This document shows positions 26,811 through 33,364 of a DNA stretch of 33,364 bases, piece after piece. The stretch is from NCBI GenBank assembly GCA_035537655.1, contig DATLLV010000102.1:1-33364 (forward strand), given 5' to 3'. The first letter of the stretch is position 1. Every line of letters starts with the position of its first letter. The stretch comes from Miltoncostaeaceae bacterium (GTDB lineage: Bacteria > Actinomycetota > Thermoleophilia > Miltoncostaeales > Miltoncostaeaceae). The notes under the pieces were generated by a model. The model was not told the origin of the DNA and ran no database searches. It was given only the letters and a program-made list of their open reading frames with translations. The translations under genes were made by a program, and so were the position numbers.

Positions 26811-26818
26811 TATATGGT
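26811..26818. promoter_or_regulatory. only A/T-rich patch (tatatggt / accatata) in the 180-bp divergent sigma-sigma intergenic region; candidate bidirectional -10 element
   Basis: It reads TATGGT on plus and CATATA/TATAGG on minus. I could identify no clear -35 or ECF-type GGAAC..GTC promoter. Confidence 0.2.
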
Positions 26819-26908
26819 CTACCCGGAAGTTGGAGGAGGACCGGCACGCAGCGGGTCGCCGACCGCCGTCCACCGCAGGGCTCAGCGCACCCGGATGAGG
26901 ACCGCCTC

Positions 26909-27526
26909 GTGGAGGCCCTCCGGGGCCGGGACGAGGCGGCGTTCGCCGACCTCATGCGTCGCTACACCGCGCCCATGACCAGTGTCGCGATGCTCTACGT
27001 GAGGAACCACGCGGTGGCCGAGGAGGTCGTCCAGGACGCCTGGCTGAGCGTGGTGCGCAGCGTGGACCGCTTCGAGGGCCGATCCAGCCTCCGGACCTGG
27101 ATCTTCACCATCCTGGCCAACTGCGCGCGCAAGCGGGCGGCGCGCGAGGGGCGCTGCGTCCCGTTCTCCTCCCTCCTGGGCGGGGAGCCCCTGGAGCCCT
27201 CGGCCGAGCCGGATCCGTTCACGCCCGCCGATCACCCGCGCTGGTCGCGCATCTGGACGACGCCGAACGACGCGTGGGACGCGCTCCCGGAGGACCGCGT
27301 GCTGGGGCGCGAGTGCGTGGACGTCGTGCGCGAGGCCATCGCCGGCCTGCCGCCGCTGCTGCGCGAGGTCATGACGCTGCGGGACGTGGCCGGCTGGAGC
27401 GCGCGCGAGGTGGCCGAGGCGCTGGGGATCAGCGACGAGAACCAGCGGGTGCGGCTGCACCGAGCCCGCGCGCGCGTGCGCAGCGAGCTCGAGGGCTACC
27501 TCGGGGCGCCGGGAGCGGGCGCGTGA
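26909..27526 (+). CDS. ECF-type RNA polymerase sigma-70 factor
   Basis: Region 2 reads RDEAAFADLMRRYTAPM...AEEVVQDAWLSVVRSVDRFEGRSSLRTWIFTILANCARKR. A long linker follows. Region 4 reads LLREVMTLRDVAGWSAREVAEALGISDENQRVRLHRARARVR. The start is set at GTG 26909 (GAGGA 7 nt upstream). An alternative is an in-frame ACG at 26846, 5 nt after a perfect GGAGGAGGA. Confidence 0.85.
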   Translation: MEALRGRDEAAFADLMRRYTAPMTSVAMLYVRNHAVAEEVVQDAWLSVVRSVDRFEGRSSLRTWIFTILANCARKRAAREGRCVPFSSLLGGEPLEPSAEPDPFTPADHPRWSRIWTTPNDAWDALPEDRVLGRECVDVVREAIAGLPPLLREVMTLRDVAGWSAREVAEALGISDENQRVRLHRARARVRSELEGYLGAPGAGA

Positions 27527-27777
27527 GGGGGCCGCCGAGGGCGAGCTGCGAGGACGTGGTGCGGCTCCTCACCGACTACCAGGACGACGCGCTGCCGATG
27601 TCCGAGCGACTCGAGTTCGAGCGCCACGTGGCCGTCTGCCCCGCCTGCCGGGGCTACCTGTCCCAGATGCGGGCCGTCCTGGCGGCGGCCCGCGCGGGGT
27701 GCGGGCCGGGGCTGACGCCCGCGGACGAGGCGGCCCTGCTGGCGGCCTTCCGGACCCCGGAGCCGGACGCGCGGTGA
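27523..27777 (+). CDS. soluble zinc-binding anti-sigma factor (zf-HC2 / ZAS, RsrA-like Cys/His spacing)
   Basis: GTG 27523 overlaps the sigma TGA (GTGA). 84 aa with no TM segment. It has C9...H35-x3-C39-x2-C42 (SCEDVVRLLTDY...ERHVAVCPACRGYL) and a C-terminal ..LLAAFR. Confidence 0.8.
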   Translation: MRGPPRASCEDVVRLLTDYQDDALPMSERLEFERHVAVCPACRGYLSQMRAVLAAARAGCGPGLTPADEAALLAAFRTPEPDAR

Positions 27778-28484
27778 TCGCGTTCAAGTTCCTGACCCCC
27801 GGCGCCGTCGGCCTGTTCAGCCGGCTGTCGTGGCCCGTGCCCGACGACGGGGTCCCCGGGGCCTGGGTCGAGGTGGAGGGGCCGCTCGAGGTGTGCCGGA
27901 ACGGGATCCACGCCTGCGGCCCGGGCGACCTGATCGACTGGATCGACGCCGAGCTGTGGCGCGTCGAGCTCGGGGAGCCCGTCATGGAGAGCGAGGCCGG
28001 GTTCGTGGCGTCCCGCGGGCGCCTGGTGTCGCGGGTCGAGCGATGGCACGACGGCGCCGCCCGGGCCCTCGCCGGGGCGTGCGTGCTCCGGGCGCGCGAC
28101 CGCGCGGTCGAGGCCCTCGAGCGCGGCGGCCGGCGCGCGGAGGCCGGCGACCTCCGGCGCCTCGAGGCGCACCCCGCCATCGCCGATCGCGCCCAGGCCC
28201 TCGCGCGGGGCGCCTCCCCGGAGATCGCCGGCCAGCTCGGCTTCGCCGCCGACGCGGTCGCGATGTCGCGCGGAGCCATGCCCGATTCCACGATCCTGGC
28301 CACGCTGGCGCCGCCGAGCGCGGCGGCGATCGCTGCCAACGTCGCCTTCACGGCCGCGCGGGCCGCCGGGCGGGCGCACGAGGTCGCCGGGCGCGCCGGC
28401 GGGTTCGACGCCGGGTACGCGACCGAACGCGTCTGGCAGCGCGATTGGCTGCTCTCCCGGCTGGATCTGGCCCGCGCCGCCTGA
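27774..28484 (+). CDS. uncharacterised 236-aa protein co-translated with the sigma/anti-sigma pair
   Basis: GTG 27774 overlaps the anti-sigma TGA (GTGA). The N-terminal ~110 aa read IAFKFLTPGAVGLFSRLSWPVP..GAWVEVEGPLEVCRNGIHACGPGDLIDWIDAELWRVELGEPV. The C-terminal ~125 aa are Ala-rich and helical. There is no signal peptide or TM segment. I cannot assign a family. Confidence 0.7.
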   Translation: MIAFKFLTPGAVGLFSRLSWPVPDDGVPGAWVEVEGPLEVCRNGIHACGPGDLIDWIDAELWRVELGEPVMESEAGFVASRGRLVSRVERWHDGAARALAGACVLRARDRAVEALERGGRRAEAGDLRRLEAHPAIADRAQALARGASPEIAGQLGFAADAVAMSRGAMPDSTILATLAPPSAAAIAANVAFTAARAAGRAHEVAGRAGGFDAGYATERVWQRDWLLSRLDLARAA

Positions 28485-28540
28485 CGGGGGACGACGGACC
28501 GCCGATCGCCGCCGGGCCCGCGAAGGGCCACACGGGGGAT

Positions 28541-28568
28541 GTGACACGGCGGCGCAAAGCTCTAGACT
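28541..28568 (+). promoter_or_regulatory. candidate sigma-70-type promoter of dxs (-35 GTGACA, 16-nt spacer, -10 TAGACT), giving a leaderless mRNA
   Basis: gtgaca (28541-28546), then 16 nt, then tagact (28563-28568), then cgcgcgg, then ATG 28576. No SD is present. Confidence 0.45.
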
Positions 28569-28575
28569 CGCGCGG

Positions 28576-30489
28576 ATGCCCACGCCCGACAGCCGGTTCC
28601 CCCTGATCCGGGGGCTCCAGGCGCCCTCCGACGTGCACCTCATGACCGACGAGGAGCTCGAGGAGCTCGCCGTCGAGATGCGCGGGGCCATCATCGACAC
28701 GGTCAGCCAGACCGGCGGCCACCTCGGCGCCAGCCTGGGGACGGTCGAGCTGACCATCGCGCTGCATCGCGAGCTGGAGTCGCCCCGCGACCGCATCATC
28801 TGGGACGTGGGCCACCAGGCCTACGGCCACAAGCTGCTGACCGGGCGCCTCGAGGGCTTCCCGACCCTGCGCCAGCACGGCGGCATCAGCGGCTTCCTGC
28901 GCCGGGTCGAGAGCGAGCACGACATCGTGGGCGCCGGCCACGCCAGCACCTCGATCAGCTACGCGACCGGGCTCGCCGAGGCGGGCCGCCACGGCCACCA
29001 GGACGGCCACGTCGTCTGCGTCATCGGCGACGGCGCGCTGACCGGCGGCATGGCGTACGAGGGCCTGAACCAGGCCGGGCACCTGAGGTCGCCGATCACG
29101 GTCGTGCTGAACGACAACGGCATGAGCATCTCGGAGAACGTGGGCGCGCTCTCCAAGCTCTTCCAGCGCGTGCGCGTCGACCCGACGCTCACCAAGGTGC
29201 GCGAGGAGATCGAGCGCGGCCTGGCCAAGCTGCCGGGCGCGGCCGAGATGGGCGGGCACATCCGCGACGCCACCAAGTCGCTGTGGTTCGAGGACGGGGC
29301 GCTCTTCGAGGCGCTCGGCTTCGCGTACTACGGCCCCATCGACGGCCACGACATCGGCGAGGTCCGCAAGGCCCTGCGCACGACGCTCGAGATGGACCGT
29401 CCGGTCGTGATCCACGCCAAGACGACCAAGGGCAAGGGCTACGCGCCGGCCGAGGCCGACGTGGAGGCCATGCACGGCGCCACCCCGTTCTCGGTCGAGA
29501 GCGGCAAGGCGGCGAAGAAGTCGTCCGGCGGCCCGCCGAACTACACCGAGGTCTTCGGCCGGGCGCTGGTCGCCGAGGCCGAGCGCGACCCGCGCGTCGT
29601 CGGCATCACCGCCGCGATGCTCAAGGGCACGGGGATGCACCACATGATGAGCCGCTTCCCCGAGCGCACCTACGACGTCGGCATCGCCGAGCAGCACGCG
29701 GTCGTGTTCGCCGGCGGCCTGGCGATCGCCGGCTACCGGCCGGTCTGCGCGATCTACTCGACCTTCCTGCAGCGGGCCTTCGACCCGATCATCCACGACG
29801 TGGCCATTCAGAACCTGCCGGTCGTCTTCGCGATCGACCGGGGTGGCCTGGTGGGCGACGACGGCCCGACGCACCACGGCGTCTTCGACCTCGCCTACCT
29901 GCGCTCGATCCCCGGCCTGACGGTGATGGCGCCGATGGACGAGGCGGAGCTGGTCGACATGCTCCACACCGCCCTCCGGATGGACGGCCCGGTGGCCTTC
30001 CGCTATCCGCGCGGCGCCGGCCTGGGCGTGGAGCTCCCCGAGCGCCCGCGTCCGATCGAGATCGGCAGGGGGCACGTGATCGAGTCGGGCGAGCGGGTGG
30101 CGCTGGTCGGCTACGGCCACGGCGCGGCGCTGGCGCAGGCGGCCGCGGACCCGCTGGAGGACGCGCTCGGCGCCCGCCCGACGATCGTGAACGCGCGCTT
30201 CTGCAAGCCGATCGACGCCCAGCTCATCCGCCAGCTCGCCGGCCGCCACGAGCTGCTGGTGACGATCGAGGACCACTCCGAGCACGCCGGCTTCGGCAGC
30301 GCGGTGCTGGAGGTGCTCGAGGACGCGCCCACCCGGGTGCTGCGCCTCGGCGTGCCCGACCGCTTCGTCGACCACGGCAAGCGCGAGCTGCTGCTGGACG
30401 AGGTCGGACTCTCGCCCGAGCACGTCGCCGCCCGGGCCGTGCGCGCCCTCAGCGGCTCGACGGGGATCCTCGTCGCCGAAGGCGGGTAG
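28576..30489 (+). CDS. dxs: 1-deoxy-D-xylulose-5-phosphate synthase
   Basis: 637 aa. It has GGHLGASLGTVELTIALH, WDVGHQAYGHKLLTGR, GDGALTGGMAYEGLN (the TPP motif region), IAEQHAV and DGPTHHG. Confidence 0.97.
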   Translation: MPTPDSRFPLIRGLQAPSDVHLMTDEELEELAVEMRGAIIDTVSQTGGHLGASLGTVELTIALHRELESPRDRIIWDVGHQAYGHKLLTGRLEGFPTLRQHGGISGFLRRVESEHDIVGAGHASTSISYATGLAEAGRHGHQDGHVVCVIGDGALTGGMAYEGLNQAGHLRSPITVVLNDNGMSISENVGALSKLFQRVRVDPTLTKVREEIERGLAKLPGAAEMGGHIRDATKSLWFEDGALFEALGFAYYGPIDGHDIGEVRKALRTTLEMDRPVVIHAKTTKGKGYAPAEADVEAMHGATPFSVESGKAAKKSSGGPPNYTEVFGRALVAEAERDPRVVGITAAMLKGTGMHHMMSRFPERTYDVGIAEQHAVVFAGGLAIAGYRPVCAIYSTFLQRAFDPIIHDVAIQNLPVVFAIDRGGLVGDDGPTHHGVFDLAYLRSIPGLTVMAPMDEAELVDMLHTALRMDGPVAFRYPRGAGLGVELPERPRPIEIGRGHVIESGERVALVGYGHGAALAQAAADPLEDALGARPTIVNARFCKPIDAQLIRQLAGRHELLVTIEDHSEHAGFGSAVLEVLEDAPTRVLRLGVPDRFVDHGKRELLLDEVGLSPEHVAARAVRALSGSTGILVAEGG

Positions 30490-30501
30490 CCCCGCGGGCG
30501 G

Positions 30502-31245
30502 ATGCCGCGCTCCCGCCTCGACGTGGCCCTCGTCGAGAGGGGTCTCTTCCCGTCGCGGGCACGCGCACAGGCGGCCGTCATGGCGGGCAGGGTGCACGTC
30601 GACGGCCGCAGGGTCGACAAGCCCGGCGCCGGGGTGGCCGAGGGCGCGGCGATCGCCGTCGAGCCGGCCCGGGAATACGTCTCGCGCGGCGGGATCAAGC
30701 TCGCCAACGCCCTCGACGCCCTCGAGGTGGACGTTCGCGGCGCCTGCGCGATCGACCTCGGGGCCTCCACCGGCGGCTTCACGGACTGCCTGCTGCAGCG
30801 GGGCGCGCGCCGCGTCATCGCGGTCGACGTCGGGTACGGGCAGCTCGACTGGGCCCTGCGCCAAGATGAGCGGGTGCACGTCATGGAGCGCACCAACGCG
30901 CGTGACCTCCGCCCCGAGCTGCTGCCCTGGCAGCCGGACCTCGCGACCTGTGACCTCTCCTTCATCTCGATCGGCACGGTCTGGGGCGCGGTGCGACGCT
31001 GCCTGGCGCCCGGCTGGCGTGCGATGGTGATGGTCAAGCCCCAGTTCGAGGTCGGGAGGGAGCGCGTGGGCTCGGGCGGCGTCGTGCGCGACCCGCAGGC
31101 GAGGGAGGACGCCGTGCGCGCGGTGATCGAGGCGATCGAGGCCGAGGGCGGGCGCGCCGCGGGCACGGCCGACTCGGGGCTGCCCGGGCCCAGGGGCAAC
31201 CGCGAGATCTTCGTGCTGGCCGTGGACGCGGCGGGGGCGGGATGA
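30502..31245 (+). CDS. tlyA: TlyA-family rRNA (cytidine-2'-O)-methyltransferase
   Basis: 247 aa. It has an S4-like N-terminus (RLDVALVERGLFPSRARAQ..), YVSRGGIKL, DLGASTGGFTDCLLQRGA..V.AVDVGYGQL and KPQFE. Confidence 0.9.
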   Translation: MPRSRLDVALVERGLFPSRARAQAAVMAGRVHVDGRRVDKPGAGVAEGAAIAVEPAREYVSRGGIKLANALDALEVDVRGACAIDLGASTGGFTDCLLQRGARRVIAVDVGYGQLDWALRQDERVHVMERTNARDLRPELLPWQPDLATCDLSFISIGTVWGAVRRCLAPGWRAMVMVKPQFEVGRERVGSGGVVRDPQAREDAVRAVIEAIEAEGGRAAGTADSGLPGPRGNREIFVLAVDAAGAG

Positions 31246-32147
31246 CGCCGGGCGCCCACATGGGGAGCGCGGAGCCGATCCGCATCGATCAAGCGGTCGC
31301 GGTCAAGCGGGTGCTGCTGCTGACCCACCGCGAGCCCGACGTCACCGCCTCGACCCTGCCCGCCATCCTGTCGATCCTCGAGGAGGCCGGCGTCCAGGTG
31401 CTGCTCCCGGCCGGCGAGGTGGTGAAGCACCCGGCCCTCTCGGCCTACCAGTCGAGCGACCGCATGGGGCTGCGGCCGGGCGGCGAGGACCTCATCCTCG
31501 TGCTGGGCGGCGACGGCAGCATCCTGCGCGCCCTGGCGCGCGAGGCCGGCTCGGGGGCGCCCGTGATCGGCGTGAACTACGGCCGCGTCGGCTTCCTGGC
31601 CTCGATCGAGCGCGAGACCCTCGAGCGCGACCTGCGCCGGGCCCTCGCCGGCGAGTTCGTCATCCTCAGCCTGCCGTCGCTGAAGGCCGAGTGGGGCGAG
31701 GGCGAGGTGCAGGCGGTCAACGACCTCGCCCTCTTCCGCAGCGGCGAGGCGCGCATCGCCGACCTCACCTACGAGGTCGACGGGGAGCTGGTGGCCACCG
31801 TGCGCTGCGACGGGGTGGTCCTGAGCACCCCGGTCGGCTCGACGGCCTACAACCTCGCCGCGGGTGGGCCGACGGTCTCGTGGCGGGTTCGCTGCTTCGT
31901 GCTCTCGTTCATCGCCCTGCACCACCTCGACAGCCGCCCCCTCGTGATCGGCGCGGAGGAGCAGCTTCGGGTCACCAACAGCGCCCTGCTCGGCGACGTC
32001 GACGTCCAGGCCGACGGCCAGCGCATCGGGGCGCTGCGCCCCGGTCGCTCGATCACCGTGGGTCTGAGCGGGGACGAGGTCCACCTGGCGACGTTCCCGG
32101 AGGCCTCGTTCTTCCGCCGCTACCGGGAGAAGTTCGGCCGGCCGTGA
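31242..32147 (+). CDS. nadK: NAD(+) kinase
   Basis: ATG 31242 overlaps the tlyA TGA (ATGA). It has LVLGGDGSILRA, GVNYGRVGFLA and DGVVLSTPVGSTAYNLAAGGP. Confidence 0.9.
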   Translation: MTPGAHMGSAEPIRIDQAVAVKRVLLLTHREPDVTASTLPAILSILEEAGVQVLLPAGEVVKHPALSAYQSSDRMGLRPGGEDLILVLGGDGSILRALAREAGSGAPVIGVNYGRVGFLASIERETLERDLRRALAGEFVILSLPSLKAEWGEGEVQAVNDLALFRSGEARIADLTYEVDGELVATVRCDGVVLSTPVGSTAYNLAAGGPTVSWRVRCFVLSFIALHHLDSRPLVIGAEEQLRVTNSALLGDVDVQADGQRIGALRPGRSITVGLSGDEVHLATFPEASFFRRYREKFGRP

Positions 32148-33217
32148 TCCGCGCGCTCGAGGTGCGGGACCTCGTGGTGATCGAGCGGGCCGAGATCGCC
32201 CCGCCGGCCGGCCTGACCGCCATCACCGGCGAGACCGGGGCCGGCAAGACCGTGCTGGCCCAGGCGCTGGCGCTGCTGGCCGGCGCGCCCGCCGACGCCG
32301 GCGCGGTGCGGCCGGGGGCGCGCCACGCCCTCGTGCAGGCGACGCTCGCCGTGCCCGACGGGTTCTGGGACCGGCTGGACGAGGGCGACCCGGCCGCGCC
32401 GCTGCGCGAGCTGGCCGAGGACGAGGCCGAGGTCGTGATCGCGCGCCGGGTGCCGGCCGAGGGCCGGGCGCGGGCGCTGATCGACGGCCAGGCGGCGCCG
32501 CGCGAGGCGGTGGCGGCGCTGGCGCGGGCGCTGATCCGCTTCTCGGCCCAGCACGAGCACCGCCGGCTGGTGAGCCCGGCCAGCCAGCTCGCGGTGCTCG
32601 ACGCCTTCGCCGGGGCCGACGTCGTCGCCGCGGCCGACCGGCTGGGGGATCTGCGGCGCCGCATGCGTGCGCTCGACCGGGCGCTCGCTCAGGCCCGCGC
32701 GAGGCGCGAGGCAGCCGAGCGCGAGCGGGCCGACCTCGAGGAGCTGGTGGCGGCGGTCGATGCGGCGGGCCTCGACCTGGACGAGGAGGCCGCCCTCCGG
32801 GCCGAGCGCGAGCGGCTCCGCCACGCCGAGGGCCTGGCGGCCGCCGCCGGCGCCGCGGCCGAGGCGCTCTCGCCGGCCGACGACGCGGCCGGCGCCGGGG
32901 CCGTCTCCGCCGTCGGCGCCGCCGCAAGGGCCCTCGAGCCGCTCGTGGGCGTCGACCCGGCGCTGGCCGGGCCCCACGCCGACCTGGCCGCCGCCGAGGC
33001 GTCGCTGCAGGAGGCGGCGCTGGCGCTGCGCGCCTACCTCCAGGACCTCGAGGCCGAGCCCGGCCGGCTGGCCCAGGTGGAGGAGCGGCTCGACGACTAC
33101 GCCCGCCTGGGCCGCCGCCACGGCCCCGGCACCGAGGCCGTGCTCGCCCGGGCGGCGGAGGCCCGGGTGGCCCTGCGGGGGCTGGACGAGGGCGCCGGCG
33201 AGGTGCTGGCCCTGGCC
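32144..33217 (+). CDS. recN: DNA repair protein RecN, first 358 codons (coherent reading ends at 33217)
   Basis: GTG 32144 overlaps the nadK TGA (GTGA). It has IRALEVRDLVVIERAEI....GLTAITGETGAGKTVLAQAL (Walker A) and ..IDGQAAP.. followed by a long coiled coil. After ..DEGAGEVLALA the plus frame turns into Ser/Ala/Arg junk. Confidence 0.9.
33193..33217 (+). repeat. left arm of a perfect 25-bp inverted repeat
   Basis: cgccggcgaggtgctggccctggcc is the exact reverse complement of 33340-33364. Confidence 0.95.
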
Positions 33218-33339
33218 ATGGCGAGGTCGGCCAGCTCGGCGCGCACGGCCTCGGCCAGGCGCGGCGCGGCCTCGGCGCGGGCCTCCCGCAGGGCGGCCGC
33301 CACGCCGACGGCCTCGTCGAGCACGGCCGCGCGCTCCTC
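33218..33339 (-). other. recN: 122-nt recN segment in inverted orientation
   Basis: The minus strand reads EERAAVLDEAVGVAAALREARAEAAPRLAEAVRAELADLA(M). This is the expected RecN continuation after ..GEVLALA, up to the ..L..LAM.. motif that precedes the C-terminal ATPase half. Confidence 0.8.
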
Positions 33340-33364
33340 GGCCAGGGCCAGCACCTCGCCGGCG
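33340..33364 (-). repeat. right arm of the perfect 25-bp inverted repeat; ends at the last base of the window
   Basis: ggccagggccagcacctcgccggcg. Its true length is unknown because the window ends here. Confidence 0.95.

Noticed and set aside
25688-28575. The sigma-rich insert as a mobile genetic element or recent horizontally acquired island
   Set aside because: I see no integrase, transposase, tRNA target, terminal inverted repeats or flanking direct repeats. Composition and codon style look the same as in the flanks.
28348-30879. An 843-aa minus-strand ORF antisense to dxs and tlyA
   Set aside because: The reasons are the same: a low-complexity translation opposite a textbook dxs.
33218-33339. 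The recN end as a simple fold-back (perfect palindrome) hairpin
   Set aside because: The 122-nt core is not self-complementary: it begins atggcgagg.., and its reverse complement begins gaggagcgc... Only the 25-bp arms are inverted repeats.

Overview
This is a 33.4-kb, very GC-rich chromosomal segment (about 70-75% GC by eye). Third codon positions are almost all G/C, which produces many long spurious ORFs on both strands. Gene content looks like a high-GC Gram-positive (Actinomycetota-like, perhaps Thermoleophilia or Rubrobacteria); that taxon guess is inference only. I support about 36 protein genes, tightly packed, and found no rRNA, tRNA, CRISPR array, IS element or integrase.

Gene order, left to right:
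- a secreted-protein fragment at the left edge
- a J-like/TPR protein, a YgjP-type metallohydrolase, a secreted alpha/beta hydrolase, USP, a cyclase-family protein and a cupin
- metX-metW, a UPF0104 membrane protein, a small protein, an M50/CBS protease, panE and rnhA
- a SAM methyltransferase, a prepilin peptidase, MscS with a small unknown gene, chrA and ltrA
- a long housekeeping supercluster: aroC-aroK-aroB-aroQ-(M24 peptidase)-efp-accB*-accC-nusB ... dxs-tlyA-nadK-recN

Ten gene junctions in the window are start/stop overlaps (GTGA, ATGA or TGATG).

Points worth a second look:
1. The accB gene in the canonical efp-accB-accC-nusB slot encodes a 604-aa protein. A complete AccB module is preceded by a full-length PycB/OadA/5S-type carboxyltransferase domain. 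Three of its four metal-site positions, and its GHQS motif, are substituted.
2. A 2.9-kb regulatory insert sits between nusB and dxs. It holds two divergent ECF sigma genes. One of them is locked by GTGA overlaps to an RsrA-type ZAS anti-sigma and to a 236-aa protein I cannot assign to any family.
3. recN stops making sense at 33217. The next 122 nt are the correct continuation of recN in inverted orientation, flanked by a perfect 25-bp inverted repeat that ends exactly at the window edge. This is either an assembly or amplification chimera or a real inversion.
4. A TANNNT box 6-8 nt upstream of the start codon, with no Shine-Dalgarno, recurs at 9 starts (plus one weaker TATCAC case). This suggests widespread leaderless transcription, including an identical 12-mer in front of aroC and dxs.

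All family calls come from motif recognition by eye. No database search was run.
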